Below, in pieces: positions 1 to 11,101 of a DNA stretch of 33,229 bases. Made by a program: the position numbers and the translations under genes. Every line of letters begins with the position of its first letter. Position 1 is the first letter of the stretch. This DNA is from Thelocarpon superellum. Lineage: Eukaryota. The stretch lies in assembly GCA_026025795.1 (NCBI GenBank), contig JAPEUG010000179.1, positions 1 to 33,229 on the forward strand, written 5' to 3'. The notes beneath the pieces were generated by a model. It saw only the letters and a list, made by a program, of their open reading frames with translations, was not told where the DNA came from and did no database searches.

Positions 1-869
1 GCAGGATTCATTTTCCCCCCTGGATGAGGATGCGCTTGTCCCTCATCGCCTCCTATCCACTTCCTCCATCCCCACGACACTACGCCGCCCCTGACGCAAT
101 GACATCGTCCTTCAGCGCCTCTGCGTCCGGGATATCAGAGAGGGTCCGCGGCTATGAGGGTCCATGAGGGGCCGGGAAGCATGGATGAAGCTTAAGCGAC
201 CGTTCCTGCGTCGATTGCTCAGGAGGACCAGCAAGGCTGGCGTGCCCCGCCCCGAGCGACGAGCGACGGGGCACCGGGCGCTGGACACCAGCCCGTCGCT
301 ACGGATAACTGATAGGTATCCGGCATGATAGAGTTAAACGAGGGTCGTCCGGCCTCCAATCTTGTCTGGTTCTGGTTCTGTCAGGCCTCGTACGAGGACT
401 CGTCCCATGAAGGCACGGTTGTCGGGCTCCTCCGTTCGACTGGTGCTTCGAGACATGGCCACTCCTGCTCCCGATTCGTGAGCTGGTGGCGCATTGAGTC
501 TTGCCAAGCGGATTCGCCGAGTTCCTTCCCAACCCCTGCGGAACGCCACGTCTAGGGGCACTAGCGAGCAGACGCGATCTCAATCCCAGTGCCCGTGACG
601 CTCCGCCAACGTTGGGCCCTCTCGCTTGATTCGCTCGGTGGTCGAGGTGGTGGTCGGCGACGGGGAATCCCGATCAGAGGCTCTGTTTCGCGGGTCTACC
701 ATTCAGCTGGTGTCTGTGCTCGTCCTTCCGATCCAAGTTCACCACCGGTGTGACCTTCGGCCGCCTCCTATTGATGCAGCCCCTCTCATTTGGTCCGCCG
801 CATCTCCCCTAGTGACGTTCAATAATCTCTCTGTCTGGCTGGCTACATCCTTCGCCTCGCCGTGCCATC

Positions 870-893
870 GGCTGTGCACAGGCTGTGCACAGC
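870..893. repeat. Tandem 11-mer (GGCTGTGCACA)x2, each copy carrying the palindrome CTGTGCACAG
   Basis: Read directly: ggctgtgcaca ggctgtgcaca gc. Confidence 0.8.
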
Positions 894-1451
894 TGCCGTA
901 GGACAAATGACCAAAGCGGAGACTGAGGTGAGGAATGCTCGTCGTACGCAGTTCTCGGACGGCCGGCGATCAGTTTGCCGTGTCGAGAGAGAGGCGTCTG
1001 CCGCGACAATTGGCATTGCGCAACACCAGATACCGCTGCACAGTGGACCTCGGGCGAGTGTGCTTTTCCGGACACGCACGCACTCGCACCAGTCTGGCCA
1101 TTTTCCTTTGCCAAAGAGACCGCCTCGGCGGCCGCTCAAGGGGTGCATTGACAATGGATCGAAAGTGGCAAGGCGTCCGCATGGCTGAGACGGATGCATG
1201 CGTGAACAGTGGCAATGCTGACCCCACGCGTACCTCCTAAAGACTCGACCGTTGCGGCCGTGTCGGAAGGCTCTCGAGGTGCACTGGCTACGGACGGCAG
1301 ACTGATGGGAGCATCCATGCATGCGTACACGCGAGCTGCATCGATCATATCCATCCTCTTTCAAGCTCCAAGCGAAGCTTAACGACTGTTAGCGATGATG
1401 CACCGCCCCTGATCGCCACTGTCACGCCCGACGCCGCCGAGGAGGAGGGAG

Positions 1452-1493
1452 GCGAGAGGCAAGAGGCAAGAAGCGAGAGGCAAGAAGCGAGAG
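1452..1493. repeat. Imperfect 7-mer minisatellite (GCRAGAR)x6
   Basis: gcgagag gcaagag gcaagaa gcgagag gcaagaa gcgagag. Confidence 0.85.
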
Positions 1494-1803
1494 GCGACGA
1501 TGGAAGAACGCAAGGACTTCGCCGCTGACCCACGCGCGATAGACGTTGACGAAGCCCCTATCGATATCGTCTAGCTAAACGTAATGAGCTTGGTTCGAGC
1601 ATGACATGTCGATGGTCTAACCGAAGGTCATCTTACCACTGACATGCCGACCATCATGAATGAAGGGCCAGCTCCCTGCTCATCCTCTCGAAGGACGGAA
1701 TTGTCCCGGGAGATGCATCCGCCCTCCGTGCTCGAGGCCCCTGAAGCCTTCCATCGCAGCGGAGCAGCGCGTTGGCGCAGAGGGATCCCGCGCAGGCGTC
1801 GTG

Positions 1804-1811
1804 TATATATA
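1804..1811 (+). promoter_or_regulatory. TATA box of the small secreted Cys-rich gene
   Basis: TATATATA in GC-rich context about 175 nt upstream of ATG 1984, followed by a pyrimidine-rich leader. Confidence 0.6.
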
Positions 1812-1983
1812 CGACGGCCTGGCGCCGTGGTATCGCGCTCGTGAACTCCCCAGCCCATTCTTTCGATTGTCGTTTGTTGTCACTCGTTTTGCCTGTCACT
1901 TTTCTACCTGTCTACGTGGTTTCCGTACACACATCACCCACATCACCCCCCTCTTCGTCTACGTCACACCGCCACCGCACATC

Positions 1984-2382
1984 ATGCACGCCTCCTCCGC
2001 GGTCTCCCTCCTCGTGGGCCTGCTGTCGGTCACCGGCGCCGTGGCCAAGGTCACGGTGACCATCACGTCCACCACGACCTTCTGTCCCTGTAGCCAGACG
2101 CCTGCACCATACACGACCCCGCCCAGCCCCACTGGCCCGGCTCCTGGGGTGTGTGCCGCGTTCGGTGCCTCGTGCAACAACGGGTCATATTGCTGCTCCG
2201 GACTCTATTGCAACGCGGGTCAATGCACGTCCAGCACCACCAGCACCAGCACTACCAGCACTACCAGCACTACCACCAGCACTACCTCGTCCTGCTCCAC
2301 GTCGCAACAACCTCCTCCGTCTCCGCCGCCGTGCCAAGAGGAAGAGTGCAAGCAGCCGTGCCATGGCCAGTGGTGTCACTGA
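1984..2382 (+). CDS. Small secreted cysteine-rich protein (132 aa) with an ICK/knottin-like domain and Ser/Thr/Pro linkers
   Basis: ATG in atcATG context. Signal peptide MHASSAVSLLVGLLSVTGAVA. Motif CAAFGASCNNGSYCCSGLYCNAGQC (C-C-CC-C-C). Ser/Thr tract, Cys-rich C-terminus, upstream TATA, C-ending codon bias. Confidence 0.8.
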   Translation: MHASSAVSLLVGLLSVTGAVAKVTVTITSTTTFCPCSQTPAPYTTPPSPTGPAPGVCAAFGASCNNGSYCCSGLYCNAGQCTSSTTSTSTTSTTSTTTSTTSSCSTSQQPPPSPPPCQEEECKQPCHGQWCH

Positions 2383-2780
2383 GCGGCATCCGCATGAAGT
2401 CAAGGTCAGCGCAGATGACCAGGAGGGCGGGCGTACGTGATGGGACTTGGCGGCGCTTATTGGTCGCTCAACTGTGAAATCCTCTTCTTCCATAGAACCG
2501 ATATTTGGGTAGACTCGTGTGGTTTTCGAAGCTGCGATGGCTTCGGCGAATAGTAATTGCACGATACTCTTCAGCCCCATGATGGTCTTCCAGACAGCGA
2601 GCAAAGACTTTGGTGGAACCAAGGATCTCCATTCAGGACTTCAACATGGTCCTTGCCTTCTATGTCTCGCATCGTTCTCAGAGAAGGAGAAAGTTGAAGT
2701 TGTCCGACAGCTGTTCGTTCAGATGGTCCTGACCGCGCCAGTCGTGATCTACGCGACAGACGCGACGACGAAACGCCAAC

Positions 2781-2902
2781 TCACGTGACGGTCACATGGG
2801 CAAGCGCTGCGAGACTTGTGCATGTACAGGGGAAAGTACAAGCATTTTGTGCATTTTGTGCACGATCGCCAAGGCGCCAATGGACGGGATCCCTGCCACG
2901 TC
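2781..2902 (+). promoter_or_regulatory. Candidate bZIP/bHLH sites upstream of LHS1: TCACGTGA (2781-2788) and GCCACGTC (2895-2902, UPRE/Hac1-XBP1-like)
   Basis: Motifs read directly 280-400 nt upstream of the LHS1 ATG. LHS1 is a known UPR target. Function is inferred. Confidence 0.35.
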
Positions 2903-3179
2903 CGCTCGGCACTTCCCTACCAAGTACCAAGTGGCCTTTTCCAGAGCTCGCGGCGCCAGGGACGATTTGCTGGCACGCCATGCCGAGGAAGTCCTGCCAG
3001 GCAGCATGGTCCATGCCCAACCCAATATAACCATCTGTCCTCAAGCGTCGAGCGTGTTGAGTTTCCGCCGGAAAGTTGCCGCGCACCTCGTTCCGCTCGC
3101 CGGCCGCGGCGTGATCCCTCCTGTCTTGTCTTGAGCTCGTCCTTCCGGTCCGCCTCGAGTTCCCCACCCCTGATCAGTC

Positions 3180-6100
3180 ATGGCTCCACCCGGACGGCGG
3201 AGAGCCCCGGCTTTGGCTGGACTGCTCTTGCTCGTCTTCCTCTTTGCATCCGCTGCGGCGGCAGCGTCGGCAGCATCGGCGGTGCTCGGGATCGACCTAG
3301 GCACGGAATACATCAAGGCCGCGTTGGTGAAGCCAGGCATTCCCTTAGAGATCGTGCTCACCAAAGACTCGAAACGAAAAGAAGTCGCCGCCGTCGCTCT
3401 CAAGCCGGCGGGGAACTCGGTCGCCTTCCCGGAGCGCGCCTATGGCTCCGATGCAATGGCCCTCGCCGCCAGGCTGCCCGCTCACGTCTACCCCAACCTC
3501 AAGCCGCTCTTAGCAGCGACCCGAGCGGAGCTGCCGGAGACTTGCGCATCATATTCAGCCCTTCATCCAGCCTTGCATCTGCAATATGATGCGGCGCGAG
3601 GCACGCCATCCTTCCAGTCGGACGCCTTCGCGACGAAGCAGGAGCCCTTTCTGGTCGAGGAGCTCCTGGCGATGCAACTACAGAATATCCGGGCCAACGC
3701 CGAAGCCTTGGCCGGGAAGGGCAGCCAAATCCGCGACGCCGTCATCACGGTCCCCCCCTTCTATACGGCGGACGAACGGCGGTCCGTGGAATTGGCGGCG
3801 GAGCTGGCGGGACTTCGGCTATTGGCCGTGTTGAGCGATGGTCTCGCCGTGGGCCTCAACTACGCCACGTCTCGGACCTTTCCCAGCGTGAGCGAGGGCG
3901 CCGCGCCCGAGCACCACCTCGTCTTCGACATGGGGGCTGGCTCCACCTCGGCCACGGTGCTTCGCTTCCAGGGACGAACGGTGAAGGATGTCGGCCGCTT
4001 GAACAAAACCATTCAGGAGGTGAATGTCGTGGGCACCGGATGGAACCGCGGCCTCGGCGGGGATGCGCTCAATGCCATCATCCTTGACCACATGATCGAG
4101 GAGTTTGTGGCCTCGCCCAAGGCGGCGAGCCTGGCGCTCAAGGCGCGCACGGTGAAGGCGAACGGACGCACAGTAGCCAAGCTCCTGAAGGAAGCCGAGC
4201 GCCTCCGGCAGGTGCTCAGCGCCAACACGGAGACCGCGGCCTCGTTTGAGGGACTGTACGAGGAGGTGGACTTCCGCTACAAGATCACACGAGCTCAATT
4301 CGAAGAGATGGTGTCGGATTTTGCCGCGCAGGTCAAGACTCCCATCAACCAGGCGCTGAAGGCAGCGAACCTGACCATGGATGAACTCGACTCGGTCATC
4401 TTACACGGCGGGGCGATCCGCACGCCCTTTGTCCAGAAGCAGCTCGAAAAGGTGGTGGGTGATGCCGCGAAACTCCGGACGAACGTCAACTCCGACGAGG
4501 CGGCCGTGTTCGGCGCGGCATTCAAGGGCGCCGGGTTGAGTGCCAGTTTCCGGGTCAAGGAGATTCGCACCACCGACGGCGCCAGCTACGCGGCGGGGGT
4601 GGGGTGGCAGGCGGATGGCAAAGAGCGACGACAGAAAATCTTCCAGCCAACCTCACAGACGGGGAACGAGAAGCAGGTTCCGTTTAAGCAACAAGACGAC
4701 TTTACCTTCCACCTCTTCCAACAACTCCCCGCCAAAGATCGAGGGGATGATGAGCGCATCGCTCCCGTCGCCAGAGTGCAGACGAAGAACTTGACCGCAT
4801 CTGTGGCGCTGCTCGTGGACAAATACGGCTGTGTCGCAGCGAACATTACGACGAAATTCGGCTTTCGGCTTGCCCCGAACAATGCCCTCCTCGAAGTCAC
4901 GCGAGGCACGGTGAGTTGTGAGGTCGAGGACACCGACAAGAAGGGTGGCGTCGTCGATGATGTCAAGGGCTTCTTTGGCTTTGGCTCGAAGAAGGATGAG
5001 CAGCAAGCGCTACAGGACGAGGCGGAGAGTGGAGAATCGTCTACGCCAGAGGCTTCTACTAGGTCCGACGACACGACGACCAGCGCCTCGGCGACGTCGG
5101 AGGGGTCGACGGGTACCACGTCCACGATAAAGTCGGCAGAGGCGGCGTCTCCCACGAGTAAAAGGATCCAATCTGTGCCGGTGAGCTTCACCGTCGAACG
5201 AGACGGCCTTCCTGAGGTGTCCTCGACGGAGAGTAAGCGCATGAAAGCACGGTCAGTGATGTGAACGCCTTGTCGACTCATTGTACTGACGGCAGAACAG
5301 ACTCGCGGATTTCGACGCGTCGGACAAGTCCCGCCGACTTCGTGAGGAGGCGGTCAACACGTTGGAAGCCTTCACCTATCGATCGCGTGACCTCTTATCG
5401 GACGAATCCTTCATCGCGGCCTCGACCGAACAGGAGCGGCAGACCTTGGACGCCAAAGTGAGCGCGGCGAGTGATTGGCTGTATGGCGACGGTGCCGATG
5501 CCGAGAAGGCGGCGCTCAAGGCCCGTCTGAAGGAGTTGAAGGATCTCGTTGATCCGGTGGAGACGCGGCGCACGGAGGCCGCCAAGCGACCAGGGCAGAT
5601 TCAATCGCTGCGCGAAGCGCTCAATCAGACCAAGATGCTCATCGGGGTAATTGAAGAGCAAGTCAAGCAAGCGAGCGAGAATCCAACGACGGAAGTGCAG
5701 ACGACCACCACCACCACCACCACCACCACAGCCGAGCCCGACAATCTCGACGATCTTGACGATTTTCCCGATGTGACCACCGCTACGAGCACGAGCACAA
5801 GCACAAGGGCCGCCAAGGCGTCTGATGTCCCGCGCTATACGATGGAGGATGTTGCCAAGATCACATCGCAGTACACCGACGTGGAGCAATGGCTCGAGAC
5901 GAAGCTGGCCGAACAGGAGCAGCTTGCTGCCTACGAGGACCCGGCGATCTTGACGGCGGAAATGGAGGCCAAGTCGAAAGAACTGAACCAAGCGCTCATG
6001 GAAGTGCTGCAGAAGAAGATGAAGATCCCTGCGAAGCCGAAATCGTCGACCCAGTCCTCGACGAAATCCAAGACCAAGTCGAAGAAGGGCTCGAGCAAGA

Positions 6101-6312
6101 GCAGGAGCAAGAGCAAGGGTGCGAAGACGTCCAAAACGACCGACGAGGCGACGGCGACGGAAGAGCTTGGCGACCTCCCAACCTTCAGAGTTGAAGAGGG
6201 AGAGTTCAGCGAAATGTCTGGAGAAGAGATTCGATTGGCCGTCGAACGAGCCAAGGCCAAGGCGGAGGCAGAGGCGGCGGCGGAAGAGAAGGACATCCAC
6301 GACGAACTGTAG
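3180..6312 (+). CDS. LHS1: ER lumenal Hsp70 / nucleotide exchange factor (GRP170/HYOU1 family), about 1027 aa; exons 3180-5251, 5301-6312
   Basis: Signal peptide; Hsp70 motifs GIDLGTE, FDMGAGST and LHGGAIRTPFVQ; C-terminal HDEL. A 49-nt intron GTCAGT..ACTGAC..AACAG joins the two ORFs in frame (KAR-LADFDASDKSRR). Confidence 0.96.
5704..5727 (+). repeat. (ACC)8 coding microsatellite (poly-Thr) in LHS1
   Basis: acg (acc)8 aca encodes 10 Thr. Confidence 0.9.
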
Positions 6313-6544
6313 GTTGATCATTGTTACATCAGCATTTCGGTGTCTGGAGTTGAGCGTGTACATGTACATAGTGTAGAACCGATAGGAGACAGTAGAAGAG
6401 GTACTACTAGATGCCTTGTCAGGTTGCATTGCACGGTAGTCGTGTTCAAGGTGCAATTTGAATGGTGGGGTCGCCACCGACTCAGTTCATGACACTCGCC
6501 TAGTCCACTCCACTCCCAGTTATGCTAGTAGACGATCGCGCTCC

Positions 6545-6555
6545 AGCCCTAACCC
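6545..6555 (+). promoter_or_regulatory. AGCCCTAA(CCC) telomere-like motif (Tbf1-type ribosomal protein promoter element)
   Basis: About 175 nt upstream of the RPS5 ATG. AGCCCTAA/TTAGGGCT is the known ribosomal-protein promoter motif in Candida and filamentous ascomycetes. Confidence 0.6.
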
Positions 6556-6726
6556 ACCCCACCGCCGCACACACATTTCGTCTTCGCTTAGCAAAAATCC
6601 GTAGTCTCAGCGAGCTAGGACGGCCAACGACCGGCGACCAGCGAGCGACGTACGACTTCAGACTGGTCATCGTCCTCGTCCGTTCCATCCACCACCATAT
6701 CCTGTCACGCATCATCGCCCGCCAGG

Positions 6727-7548
6727 ATGTCGGACCACGATGAAGTCGAGGTGGAGAACCCCGGCGGATACCAAGTGCTCCCCAAGGAAGTGACGGCGGA
6801 AATTGGCAGCGTTAAGCTGTTCAATAAGTGGAGTTATGAGGACGTGGAGATTCGCGATATTTCATTGACGTGAGTGCCTCTCATCATCAAGCCAGCTCAT
6901 CTGTGTTTGTCATGTGGCCCCTTCACTTGTTCCCATATCGTCATCTAAGGGCCGGCATGCTGACTGTCTCAGCGACTACATTCAAATCCGAGCCCCGGTG
7001 TACATATCGCACTCGGCCGGACGATACGCCGTCAAACGGTTCCGCAAGGCACAATGTCCGATCATCGAACGATTGACGAACTCGCTGATGATGAATGGAC
7101 GCAACAACGGCAAGAAGTTGATGGCGGTGCGAATCGTGGCGCATTCGTTTGAGATTGTATGTTCCGGTTTTCCCCACCAGTATCCGCCGCCAGTGCCCAC
7201 ATGCACCCCCGTCTGACCCCTCCTCCGCAGGTCCACATCATGACGGACCAAAATCCCATCCAGATTGCCGTGGACGCCATCGTCAACTGCGGCCCGCGTG
7301 AAGACAGCACACGGATTGGATCGGCAGGAACCGTGCGACGACAAGCCGTGGACGTGTCACCACTTCGACGCGTCAACCAGGCCATTGCCCTGCTAACCAT
7401 CGGCGCCCGCGAAGCCGCCTTTCGCAACATCAAGAGCGTGGCGGAATGTCTGGCCGAAGAGCTCATCAACGCCGCCAAGGGCTCGTCCAACTCGTACGCG
7501 ATCAAGAAGAAGGATGAATTGGAGCGAGTGGCCAAGAGCAATCGGTGA
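6727..7548 (+). CDS. RPS5: 40S ribosomal protein S5 (uS7), 214 aa; exons 6727-6869, 6973-7156, 7231-7548
   Basis: [61 protein letters not shown]. Two canonical introns restore the frame. Confidence 0.98.
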
Positions 7549-8097
7549 TTGTCAACACCTTTGCTCCTCTTCGTCATTGTCTTGCCGTGGAGAGATGACG
7601 AGTCGAGGGAGGAAAGACGAGAGAGCAGGCGTTGTAGCATATCCAGACGGAGCAACCAACGAAGCAATCAAGGATTCAAGAGGCAACCCACGAAGCAAGC
7701 CATCATCAATCCCATGCGTGACATGGAAGTGACGCGTGATCCCGTAGACGTGGGACGTCCAAACCGGATATCAATACACATACCTGACTCTGGTCGCGGC
7801 ATCTACGTTGTACCGTGACCGAAGAAGTCGTAACGTCGACGAGGGCATTGTATTGCTTGGTGGTAATAGGTGGTATGGAATGTAGGATTGGAGGAGGAAT
7901 AGGCGTACGGGACAGACAGACATGACACAAATGCAAATAGCGACACCGACAGACAGACGCGGGAGCAAGGCAGGAAACGCAGGAAGCGCAAGCAACGAGA
8001 GCATAACAGAATCAAGTGTCCTCTTCCCCTCCCCTTCCCTCCCCTCCCCTCCCTCCGTCACCTCTCTCCCGTGGACACACAACCGTCATGAAGGTCA

Positions 8098-10155
8098 TCA
8101 TTTGCGTCCGGTATTGGGCGCACTGACGTCTCTTCTCTCCCTCTCGCGTCTCCGATCCCTTCCGACTGTCGATGGCGCCTGCTGGCTTATTCCTCTCCCA
8201 TTCCCACCTGCACTTTCCGGAGCCGCACCAGGTGTCGTCGCACCACCTCCGAGGCCCATCCCCACCATCCCGCGCCGTCGACTTGGCGTCAGCACGCCCG
8301 CTGCGAAGCTGCGCGCTCGTCCGCGCCGTTCGCGGATCTGGGCCAGCGCTTCCTCTCGGTTGATCACGCTCGGCTCGACCCCTTCTACCGCTTCTCCTGC
8401 CCCTGCGGTTCGTTCATGGTCTGCGCTCCGCGCGTGGGTGCTGGCAACGTGAGGAGGAGAAGAGAGGGAAGCGGAGGTGGAAGTGGCCAAGGCAGAGGCA
8501 GATGCGGATGTGGAGAGGGGGCGGGGTGCGCGATGCAGTGCGCCTGGGCTAGGCGCCTCGTCGGCGAGCGGGATGCGCGTCGTCGTTGACGTCGTGGCGA
8601 AATGCCTCGGCGTTGCTGGTGCTGGTGCTGGCGCTGGTGCTGGCGCTGGCGAAGAGATGGGCGTGCGTGGTCTCGAGAGAGGCTGCGGATTGGAGGTGTG
8701 CGTTTGCGAGTGCACGCTGGAGAGCAGCTCTGGGGATAGCTTGATCGGACTGAGGAGGGAGAGGAGCGATTCGTCTTTTGACAAGGGTGCGACCATGGCG
8801 TCCGAGGAGAAGAACGCGCTCATCGGTCGTAAGTTCGTTGCCGGGGGTGATGTCGTGGGGCATTCCTCCGTCGGAGCCTCTGATGGTGCCTCCGTGGGCA
8901 TCTCCGGTGGAGTCTCGTGTCGCTCGTGCTCCTCGTGCCGCCCGTCCAACAGACCCTCCGCATCAACCCTCTTCTTGCTCTTATAGGCAGCGAACGCCTC
9001 GTCCATTTTATTCTGGAGAGTGGCCATCGCCTCGGCTCTCGAATCATCACGCACGTATCGTCGACCCTGTGATTCGGCGATCCGACAAGAACACCGGCGG
9101 AATTGACACTCCATTTTCATGAACTCGATCGTCTCTTCCGCCTCCTTAGCAGCCCTTCTCTCCCACATCAAGTCCTCTTTCAACGTGGCCAGTTCGTCCG
9201 CGGTTTGTGTGCCCAGATCGACCTCCATCCGTGCTGGTGCTGGAGCAGGTGCTGCTGGTGCCGCTGGTTTTGGTACCGAAGATCGTCGCTTTCTGGGTGA
9301 TCCAAACTCCTCGTCGTCGTGACTGACGGGGAGCGGGATGCGGCCCTCGGCGGCAATGCGCGCCACCTCCTCTCCCTTCAAGGCGGTCTTCAGCGCATCC
9401 CGTTCCTCCTCCACCGTCTTCATCCGCATCTGCACCCGATCAAGGTCTTCCTGTGCGCCCACGAGCTGGTATTGTGCCTCGAAGGCCTCTTGTTGGTGCT
9501 TCTCGATCTTCAGCCGATGTTCCTCAGCCCCGGCCTGCATCCCCCGGAGCGCATTGCGGGTCGACTTGAGTTCCTCCTGTAACTTGACCAGCGCCGAGGA
9601 CGACTTGAACGCTTCCTTCTTTGCCCGGCGCACTTCCTTCTCGTACATCGGCAGCGCCGTCGCGCTCATCTCCTTGTTCCGATGAAGCTCCTCCTGTGCG
9701 AGACATCAGCACATGCCTGCTCCATCCTGGCTCTATCTCCGAGGGCAGTCTTTCTTCGAGAGCCACACATCCACACTCACCATGACGGCGTCCAATCGTT
9801 CGCCCACCCTCCGCTCCCGTACCCTCCCCTCCTCCACCTCCTGCCGTGCGCGTGCCACCTCGTCTCGAAGCCGCCGCGTTTCGCTCTCGGCCTCTTCGCG
9901 ACCCACCACCGCCCTCCGCAGCGCCGCTTCCGTGCCCCGTCGCCGATCGATCGACTCTCGGCTCATCGTGTTGAATTGCTCCACCTTGCCCTGCACCGTC
10001 GACATGCCCTTTACCTGTCCCGGACCCGACCCATCATGCGCCGCCGCCATGACACCCACGTCTGACATGGCTGGCCGCTGCTGGTTGGCACGGTCCGGCG
10101 ACACGGGCAGCAGTGGCGCACCCGGCGAGGCAGACACGCCAAGGACCGCGTCCAT
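8098..10155 (-). CDS. Uncharacterised fungal coiled-coil protein, about 656 aa; exons 10155-9781, 9693-8098
   Basis: An 87-nt intron GTGAGT..GCTGAT..CAG joins two ORFs in frame. Long heptad-rich segments (YEKEVRRAKKEAFKSSSALVKLQEELK; EEVARIAAEGRIPLP), an ECQFRRCSCR motif, and a disordered S/P-rich tail. Confidence 0.85.
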
Positions 10156-10250
10156 GGATGGCAAGAGCGATGGAAGGCGTGCACACTCGAGCGGTCGATC
10201 GCAGTGCTGCCCCTCGCTGAGAGGTCCTCGGTGTCACATACACACCATGC

Positions 10251-10285
10251 AGACACACGCTCACACACACACTCTCTCTCTCTCT
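10251..10285. repeat. Compound (CA)n/(CT)n microsatellite in the 5' leader of the coiled-coil gene
   Basis: agacacacgctcacacacacactctctctctctct. Confidence 0.8.
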
Positions 10286-10613
10286 CCGTCTGTAGATAAC
10301 ATGAGCGCACAAGTGAGTATGGTTTTGGTAACCACCGTCGGTTCACCGGCCACAGCTGCAGGCCGGTTTGGTACTTCTACCAGACAAGCTCCCCGGGTGG
10401 TCCGTGTATGGTAGTGTTAGCTTTGTTGACATGGTTCCTCGCTGCTGACTACTCATGCGAGTGCAGGGCAAGTACCACGCGAGTTGGGCGCGGAAACGAG
10501 TACGAGGTCAAGTACTAGGTACTACTCGCACCGCGACTCGCCACCCAACGCGAAAGTTGAGGTCGCGTCCCGTTGCCACGGTCGACCCGGATTCCGACGC
10601 GAGCGGATTTGGT

Positions 10614-10625
10614 TGCTGACTCAGC
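10614..10625. promoter_or_regulatory. Palindromic AP-1/Gcn4(CpcA)-type site TGCTGACTCAGC
   Basis: TGACTCA core with symmetric GC flanks, about 460 nt upstream of the coiled-coil gene. Confidence 0.35.
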
Positions 10626-11101
10626 GTCCGCTCAACGCTTCCCTCGCCTCCTTTTCCGCTTGCCAGCCTTCTCTGGTATGGTGACTTATGGGGGAGAGAC
10701 GTTCCCTGCCCCCCCTTTACGCCTGGACCTCTCCTCCCCAGCCCCTCAAGCTATTTTTGTCCGTCTCGAGATCAGGTACATCACTTGCGTCATTGGGATC
10801 ATCGTCTTCGTCATCCGAAGGTGATAGAACATTAGTCACACAACTATGTAAAGTAATAAGGCCGTGTAATTACACGTGTAAACAAAAGTGGTCATGACAC
10901 GATGACTTTCCATACCCCAATCCGATAGGATTCCGTCCCCGAGAAGAAGATGATGATGATGATGACGGGTGCTCCGTTGAGAATTCCCACCCCCCACTGA
11001 TTATTGTAACCTTCGAGCCTCCTCTATGCATGGTGTCGCCCGATGTGAATCCCCAAGGGGAATTCGCACCGCACGAAAGGAAAGATAGTCGGTCATGCAC
11101 T

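Noticed and set aside
1..1600. Many short ORFs on both strands
   Set aside because: No recognisable domains and no consistent splice model; expected in GC-rich intergenic DNA
1660..1983. 5' extension of the 240-aa ORF
   Set aside because: It spans the TATA box and a pyrimidine-rich leader; the signal peptide begins at ATG 1984
2877..2900. ERSE-like CCAAT...CCACG upstream of LHS1
   Set aside because: Spacer is 14 nt rather than the required 9, and ERSE is a metazoan/plant element
5252..5300. Apparent split of LHS1 into two ORFs (frameshift or pseudogene)
   Set aside because: Fully explained by a canonical 49-nt intron
5395..6477. 360-aa antisense ORF over LHS1
   Set aside because: Shadow ORF caused by GC-rich codon bias of the sense gene
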